Source: Flectonema sp. DT1601 (taxonomy: Eukaryota). Taken from it: a stretch of DNA of 64,000 nt. The position numbers and the translations under genes are program-made. Below the pieces are notes generated by a model. It searched no databases. It saw only the letters and a program-made list of their open reading frames with translations, and was not told the origin of the DNA. Below, piece by piece: positions 57,352-64,000 of the stretch. Within the stretch, counting starts at the first letter, position 1. Each line of letters starts with the position of its first letter. The DNA is taken from contig OZ025793.1 in the NCBI GenBank assembly GCA_964019425.1, forward strand, positions 372,001 to 436,000, given 5' to 3'.

Positions 57352-58914
57352 ATGAAAACTTTTACGTGGGAAGAAGTAGCGAAACACAACACAGAGACAG
57401 ATCTCTGGGTTGTTATTGATGATGAAATATTCGACATCTCAAAATTTGTTAAGTTTCATCCTGGTGGTGTCGCAGCACTGTTACCATACGCTGGTAAGGA
57501 AGCAACTGAAGCTTTTTATGGACTTCACAGGATTGAGGTTTTAAAGAAGTACATCAGGTTCAGAATTGGAAAGATCGAGGGATCAAAAAAGCAAAGTTCA
57601 TTAGAGCGTTACAACCCAGCTGCGATGTCGGAAGTTATTTACAGCGAGCCGTCTGCATTTCAGGGAATGCCATCACCTTATTACAAGAAATCCCATATTG
57701 ATATTAGAAATGGAATTGCTAACTTCAGAGAGAAGGAACTCAATCCAATTTCAGAGCAATATGAGAATACTGGAAAGTATCCAACTGAGGAGTTGTACAA
57801 AAAGATGGGAGCAGCAGGTATTCTGGCAATCAGATTAGGACCTGGTCCTTGGCTGAAAGAGGTTAGTAAGTACGGAATCACACTTCCAGGTGGTGTCAAA
57901 CCAGAAGAATTTGACTATTTCCACGAACTGATGTGCCACGATCAAATGATTCGTGTTGGAGCTCCTTCATTCTGTGCCGGTCTTGGTGATGGATACATCA
58001 TAGGACTACCTCCTGTACTTCACTTTGCAAAACCAGCTCTTCGTGAGCGTGTCGCACCTGCCTGTATGCGAGGAGAGAAGAGGATTTGTTTGGCGATTTC
58101 TGAACCACAGGCCGGGTCTGATGTCGCAAACATTGTAACTACTGCCAAGAAGTCAAAGTGTGGTAAGTATTACATTGTTAACGGTACTAAGAAATGGATT
58201 ACAAACGGAATGTTCTCAGACTACTTCTCAACAGCTGTACGTACCGGAGGAAAAGGAATGTTTGGAATAACGATGATGTTAATCGAACGAACTGAAGGTG
58301 TCAAGACCACACCAATCGCAACAGCTTACGGCTCTGGATGTGCAGGAACGGCTCTGGTAGAGTTCAAGGACGTCAAGGTTCCTGTTGAGAATGTTCTCGG
58401 AAGAGTAAATCAAGGATTCCGTTGTGTTATGTACAACTTCAATCACGAACGTTGGATGATATGCGCTCAGGTTATCGCATCAATGAGAGTTGTTCAAGAC
58501 GAGACAATGAAGTGGTGTTACCAAAGAAAGGCTTTCGGTAAACGACTAACTGATCAACCAGTTGTTAGACAAAAGTTAGCGCGCATGGTTGCCCTCACAG
58601 AGTCACAATGGAATTGGTTGGAGTTGATTACTTACCAAATGAGTAACATGGAATTCAAACCAATGATGGAAAAACTCGCTGGACCTCTCGCTCTCTTAAA
58701 GTACAACTGTACCAGAGCAAGTCTTCAAGTTGCTGATGATGCTGCTCAGCTTCTCGGTGGACGTGCTATCACAAAAACAGGAATGGGAAAGAGTATCGAA
58801 CAATTCATAAGAACAATTAAATATGGAGCCATTCTTGGTGGGTCTGAAGAGATCATGGCTGATCTTGGAATCCGTCAAGCGATTAGACAATATCCAAAAC
58901 ATGCCAGGCTGTAG
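57352..58914 (+). CDS. Cytochrome b5 / acyl-CoA dehydrogenase fusion with C-terminal PTS1 (-ARL)
   Basis: EEVAKHN...HPGG...FYGLH (b5); CLAISEPQAGSDV, NGTKKWITNG, FNHERW, GGSEEIM (ACAD). Confidence 0.93.
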   Translation: MKTFTWEEVAKHNTETDLWVVIDDEIFDISKFVKFHPGGVAALLPYAGKEATEAFYGLHRIEVLKKYIRFRIGKIEGSKKQSSLERYNPAAMSEVIYSEPSAFQGMPSPYYKKSHIDIRNGIANFREKELNPISEQYENTGKYPTEELYKKMGAAGILAIRLGPGPWLKEVSKYGITLPGGVKPEEFDYFHELMCHDQMIRVGAPSFCAGLGDGYIIGLPPVLHFAKPALRERVAPACMRGEKRICLAISEPQAGSDVANIVTTAKKSKCGKYYIVNGTKKWITNGMFSDYFSTAVRTGGKGMFGITMMLIERTEGVKTTPIATAYGSGCAGTALVEFKDVKVPVENVLGRVNQGFRCVMYNFNHERWMICAQVIASMRVVQDETMKWCYQRKAFGKRLTDQPVVRQKLARMVALTESQWNWLELITYQMSNMEFKPMMEKLAGPLALLKYNCTRASLQVADDAAQLLGGRAITKTGMGKSIEQFIRTIKYGAILGGSEEIMADLGIRQAIRQYPKHARL

Positions 58915-60176
58915 TAATCTTAGCAACGTGACCCATCTCTGCAGTAGAATCTTCTTTCTTTTTTTTTTAATGAGAGTTATTGTTTTAATCTTCTCCGTTG
59001 TGGCATGTCCTTCTTGAAGTTGTAATTTCAGAAAAGGGGAAACGAAAAAAAAAAAAAAAAAAAAAATAGTAGACAGGAGGTAGTCTAACGAACTTTTTAA
59101 GTTGTGTGTAACGTCTGGAAGATAAGTTCTTTTTTTCCCCCCTCCCTTTTCTCCCCACTTAATGAAGTGAAAATTGTTAGAACGTATACGACGTTCAATT
59201 TTTGTTACTTAAAAGTAACCTCTCTGCTCCTTACTTCATAATTAACAGCCAACGAACACCGACTACGACTACTTTTTTTTTTAAAAACTACTATTTTTTC
59301 TTAAATATTATCCCGTGGCTGTTTCAGTCTGCAGCCTGAGTGCTGTATTTTTCTTTCCCCCCCAATTTCTCTTTTATTCCCATATTCTGTAATGAAGCTA
59401 CATCTCCTGTCATATTTTTTTTTTCCAGTTTTAGCCTTACTTACTATTAAAGTGAATTCCTATTCTTGTTCAATCCCCTTCGAGCTTGATAATTCGATAT
59501 CAATTTCCCCCTCCGTATTTAATTTTTTGTGTCTCTTCATTAACTTTCTTAAAAATTAAAAAGAGTTACGTGGGACTCCCTGCAGTACCCTCCTGAATGG
59601 TTCTACCTGTATGCTTTTGCGAGTGATGTTGTGTTTTTTTTTTTTTTTACACATTAAAAAAAAAAAAAAAAAAAAAGTGATTAAAGGGAAAGTCGTCTGA
59701 TTTTTTTGTAACATTACCTCATCTGTGCTTTCTCTAACTGAGGAATGTTTCTCTCTTTTTTTTTTTTTTTTTTTTTTTGTTGTAAAGCAACACAATTTTT
59801 TTATCGAAGCACACCTCTCGATGCAAACACTTCACGTTGTACTCTGCAATTAATTAACCGCTGCTTTCGACTAAAACATCTCCCTTTCGTGTTCCCAATG
59901 TTAATTCTTCGACTGTACCTGAAAAGCCTGTCACTGTTCGCGATGGCAACAGGCCAAGTTTCAGTGATATCTCGTCGAGGTAAGAGGGGAATAAAAAATA
60001 TTTAAAAAAAAAAAAAAAAACTTAACTTGAACGCCGATTTTCGGCTTCACGCAACCCATTTGTCACGAATTGGATGGTCCTTTCTGGTGGTTGTGTATTG
60101 TTAAAATTTCATATTAACTTTTCCCACCAAAAAAAAAAAAAACCAGGACTTTTCGAAAAAAAAAAAAAAAAAAAAA

Positions 60177-61274
60177 ATGAAGACCGCAGCAGCTATTCTC
60201 CTCGCAGCCGCAGCCACAGGAGCTGATGGTAAGCGATTGATTGACTTCGGAAATGGTACAAAGAGATGGATGACAAGTGAACAGGTAGATGTGATGGCTT
60301 CTGAGCCAGGAAGACTTGGAGGATTCATCGATATCACTACTCGATCAAACTACACTTACTCTCAATACGAAAGTAAGAGAAACTTGAAGATGTCATACCC
60401 AGAGCCAGGAATGCATGAAGGATTCGTTAACGACATCATTAGTCAGATGAAGACTACTGATATCACTACCACTATTTCAAAACTGGGTAGTTTTTACACT
60501 CGGTACTACACTTCCCAGTACGGAGTTGACGCAGTCGCTACCATGGCTCAGATGTACAAACAGGCAGGTACTGGTAGAAGTGATATTCGAGTTCAGGAAT
60601 ACTTACATTCTTGGGCTCAACCTTCACTGATTGCAACTATTGAAGGATCAGGTCCACGTAAACATGAGACAGTTATTATTGGAGGTCATATTGATTCTAT
60701 TAATGGAGCAACTGGTCGTGCTCCAGGTGAAGATGATGACGGTTCTGGATCAGCAACAGTATTCTCAATCTTTAATCATCTCGTTGCTAATCAATTCAAA
60801 CCTGACAGAACTGTTGAGTTCCACGTCTACGCAGCTGAAGAAGTTGGTCTTCGTGGATCCCAAGACATCGCTCAGTACTACGATTCAATTGGTAGAAATG
60901 TTGTTGCTATGCTTCAGTTAGACTGTACTGGTTACACAAAGTCATCTGCTATTCCAAGAATCGGAATAGTAACAGACAACACTAACGCTGAGCTAAACGC
61001 ATTCATTAAGAAGGTAATTGACACCTACGGCAAAGCCGCATACGCCGACACCCAATGTGGATATGGATGTTCTGACCATGCTTCGTTTGACAGATATGGC
61101 TTTCCAGCATCCTTTCCATTCGAAAGTCCATTTCCAGAGAGAAATCCTCACATGCACACTACTAATGATGTTTTGTCTCATCTCAATCAGACTCACATGC
61201 TTGAGTTCGCTAAACTCGGTGTTGGTTTTATCGCTGACTTGTCATGTGCTGAAAACATCGAATCCTGTTCTTAA
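60177..61274 (+). CDS. Secreted M28 family leucyl aminopeptidase
   Basis: Signal peptide; zinc-ligand motifs GGHIDS, DDDGSG, AAEEVGLRGS, QLD, CGYGCSDHASF, HTTND. Confidence 0.93.
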   Translation: MKTAAAILLAAAATGADGKRLIDFGNGTKRWMTSEQVDVMASEPGRLGGFIDITTRSNYTYSQYESKRNLKMSYPEPGMHEGFVNDIISQMKTTDITTTISKLGSFYTRYYTSQYGVDAVATMAQMYKQAGTGRSDIRVQEYLHSWAQPSLIATIEGSGPRKHETVIIGGHIDSINGATGRAPGEDDDGSGSATVFSIFNHLVANQFKPDRTVEFHVYAAEEVGLRGSQDIAQYYDSIGRNVVAMLQLDCTGYTKSSAIPRIGIVTDNTNAELNAFIKKVIDTYGKAAYADTQCGYGCSDHASFDRYGFPASFPFESPFPERNPHMHTTNDVLSHLNQTHMLEFAKLGVGFIADLSCAENIESCS

Positions 61275-62277
61275 ATAAATTAAATAGTCTTGCGTCTTCT
61301 ATTTGTACACGTTGTTTTCGATATGTCACTTAGGTAGTGAAGTTTGTGATTTTTTTTTTTTTTTTTTTTTTTGATTGATGAATTGTTTCCCTTCGTTGTC
61401 ACTGCTCATTGTTGCATCGTTGCTTACTGGCTCTGATGAAAGTCCCTGTATCTTATAAGTTTCTTCTTTTATCATTGGCACCTGCCTCTGATAAAGGTTG
61501 AACTGGGCAACCCGCGTGCTTGTGATTATTTCCCCGTTCTATTTCTCTTTTTTTTTTTTTCTTTCTCATTCATTTTTCGTTTTTCCTATTTTTTTTTTCT
61601 CCCCTAAAAAGTATTTTACGCACAAAATCGAACAGTTAACCCCCCAAAAAAAAAAAGAGACCACATCAATACGTGTAGCAGATTGGGTCAACACTGATCA
61701 CTGAAACTCTCTACAAAAACTGAAAAAATTCTCACTTTAGGGCGTGTTTTGTTTTTGCATGAAGCAAACAGAAATAAGTTGACGGTAGTTTTCTTTTTTT
61801 CTCAGCTTTACATATTTGCATGTGTTAGTGATGGGTTAGTGGTGGTGTATAAATAATACCACCTCTTCTCCCTCACGTGTTTCTTTTTTTCTTGGAACTT
61901 TCACAGTGCGGTTGAGACCGCTTGCGCGATACCAGAGTACTGTTATTCGGTCAAAAGAAAAAGGATTGTTTCACCCCCCCTCAGATTTATTCATTATATC
62001 ACGGAACTAATGTTAAATTATCGTTATGTTATTTATGATACAATACATTTGTATTTTACGTACAAACTCGAACAGTTAACCCCCCTCAGGTGAGTTTATA
62101 ATTTTCAAAATCGAACATACATCCCCCCGCGGTTGAGCTTGAAAATACAGTATCAAATTACCCCCTCAGGTGTATTTTTCGCAATCGTGTGCTACGCACT
62201 ATCACATCAGAAGACATTCTATTATAGAAAAAAAAATTAGAAAGGTAAATATTTTTTCATTCTTAAAAACAGCCACA

Positions 62278-64000
62278 ATGGCACAGATACCGTGTCTTAA
62301 TAGCAAACACTTATCTAGTTTGAGGAAGTGTAGAAGTAGTTCTGTTGAGTCTTTGTTAAATGCCGTGTTGGTACTATTTGGTTGTGATATCCCAACAAGA
62401 GCTGACTTGTCCATTTTAATATCTGACAGCAGAAAGTTTACGAGGAAGTTAAGAGATTGGAATACCGAAAGATTAACATCGTCAGATAAAGTTATAAAAT
62501 TACAACTAAAAAAACTACGACAATACAACCCGACTATTAACTTGGAGTCTATTAGTGATCCGATCTTAAGGGAAACAGTGGTGGTGTTGAAAACGTTTGT
62601 TTTGAACTGTAAAACAACATTAGAATCGCAATCACAATCACAACTACGAACATCGACACCTCAAAGTCGGACATCTCGGAAGTGTAGATCAACATCGCCG
62701 GCATGCAGAACTCTCTCTCCTCAGAGATTGTTCAATCCGGTCGTTAAAAACATTCAACTCGACATGTCAAATGGAGCAATCCAAATAGCAGACACCGACA
62801 TCAGAATTACAAAATTTATAAACGACTTAGATGGTGAAATCGGAACATTAGTATTCTCAGGAAATCCTCAAACCACAGACTTCCTATCATTCAACATGTT
62901 AGAGAAGATCGTACGAAGTACATATTCTGTATTAGGTAACTCCATTAGTAGTTGCAAAATCTCTGACAGTGACTTTATTGACACCACGATTAGTGATTCT
63001 CATAAGGTACTTTCCGCTAATACGTTGAAGGAATCGTTTTCTGATTTAAAATCTCAATCGTATCAGTCTGCGACATCAGTATTGGAACATATTAATAAAA
63101 TTGTTTTGAATTCTCCGCAATTTCATCATTTGTTTAAGTTGGGTGTGGGACTGGTTGTAGCAATAATAAGTCAACACAGCTGTTGTCGAATATCAAAACA
63201 CCATTTACTCCAAATGCTGAGGGGCAGCGACGTTGGAAGTGTTTCAAACGTTAGAGCGCACATCTTATCAAGAGTGTTATCTAATTCTAGAGCACTGGAT
63301 CTGGTGCTTCATCTTGAGTTCTGTGAATCTACCACCGCAGGTGACAAAATCACTTCTCCAGTCTCATTGTTGAGAAATCGATCGAAAATGTTTGAAATTC
63401 GATATGGAGATCCTCCTGAACTCGTAAAGCAATCAGTTGAGTTATTTCTCCTCTTATTAGGTGAACAACCAGGTGTCGGTTGGACTGAATACCAACGGGG
63501 TCTTTGTCAAACTAATCTCTTAAATAAAATGACTCACACATCAGACTCAAACTGTATCAGAGTCTCAGCTCACGTCTACAGACGAATTACAAAACTGAGA
63601 AATGTTCTTAAAGATGTCACGGACACTGGAAGTGTTGTAGCTGATGAATTGAAAAGATGGTCGCTGCAATTAATTGCGAGTGGAAAGGTTGGTCCTCGAA
63701 CGACAGCAATCAGTAGAAGTCGTAGTCGAAGTAGGTCAGCATCTGTTGGTAGGCATGTTAACTGTTTGAGCCCAACAGCGATATCGAGCAGCCCACCGCC
63801 TGAATTCGCATCTCCTGCGGCGCATTCTTCTATTGAATGGTTGAAATTCTGTCGTTCTGCGAGTCGGGATATATCTGAGTTGGACCTGCTTCGCATCTCA
63901 CGCGATACTTTAGTAAGATTAATATCTTTGTATGGATTCTCGCATCCAATTACTGCTGCTCGTATCGAACTCTACTGGCTGGACAATAACACAGCTGGTC
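62278..64000 (+). CDS. Long ORF of unknown function running off the window end; absent from the ORF track because it has no stop
   Basis: ATG at 62278 (MAQIPCLNSKHLSSLRK...). I saw no in-frame stop in the parts translated by hand, through to ...RIELYWLDNNTAG. Confidence 0.75.
   Translation, partial: MAQIPCLNSKHLSSLRKCRSSSVESLLNAVLVLFGCDIPTRADLSILISDSRKFTRKLRDWNTERLTSSDKVIKLQLKKLRQYNPTINLESISDPILRETVVVLKTFVLNCKTTLESQSQSQLRTSTPQSRTSRKCRSTSPACRTLSPQRLFNPVVKNIQLDMSNGAIQIADTDIRITKFINDLDGEIGTLVFSGNPQTTDFLSFNMLEKIVRSTYSVLGNSISSCKISDSDFIDTTISDSHKVLSANTLKESFSDLKSQSYQSATSVLEHINKIVLNSPQFHHLFKLGVGLVVAIISQHSCCRISKHHLLQMLRGSDVGSVSNVRAHILSRVLSNSRALDLVLHLEFCESTTAGDKITSPVSLLRNRSKMFEIRYGDPPELVKQSVELFLLLLGEQPGVGWTEYQRGLCQTNLLNKMTHTSDSNCIRVSAHVYRRITKLRNVLKDVTDTGSVVADELKRWSLQLIASGKVGPRTTAISRSRSRSRSASVGRHVNCLSPTAISSSPPPEFASPAAHSSIEWLKFCRSASRDISELDLLRISRDTLVRLISLYGFSHPITAARIELYWLDNNTAG

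Overview
AT-rich, homopolymer-rich eukaryotic nuclear DNA. It is most likely euglenozoan (diplonemid-like). That assignment is inferred from a spliced-leader relic, an all-one-strand gene cluster and short GT-AG introns. The window has two parts. (1) About 1-26.6 kb is a rearranged mobile-element patchwork. It holds the 3' part of a HERO-like RLE non-LTR retrotransposon with an unusual C-terminal extension of about 560 aa, a hairpin-rich ~255-bp satellite, and a noncoding element ('element A') that ends five times at the same hairpin-GAA(A)TTC terminus. It also holds a circularly permuted ~1.35-kb repeat ('repeat B') in both orientations, a hAT transposase preceded by a genomic spliced-leader relic and a divergent tRNA-like element, a TA-inserted MITE, and a TG..CA TIR element with a 5-bp TSD whose left end is amplified four times. 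(2) About 27-64 kb is a + strand-only gene cluster: a PX-like/Tubby-C(scramblase) protein, two importin-alpha paralogs, a SOS1/SLC9C-like Na+/H+ exchanger, a multi-IQ/LRR protein, a dual-specificity phosphatase, a CLC lacking the gating glutamate, a coiled-coil protein, a cytochrome b5/acyl-CoA dehydrogenase with PTS1, an M28 aminopeptidase and an ORF cut by the window end. All calls come from manual reading and motif recall. No searches were run, and repeat boundaries are approximate.
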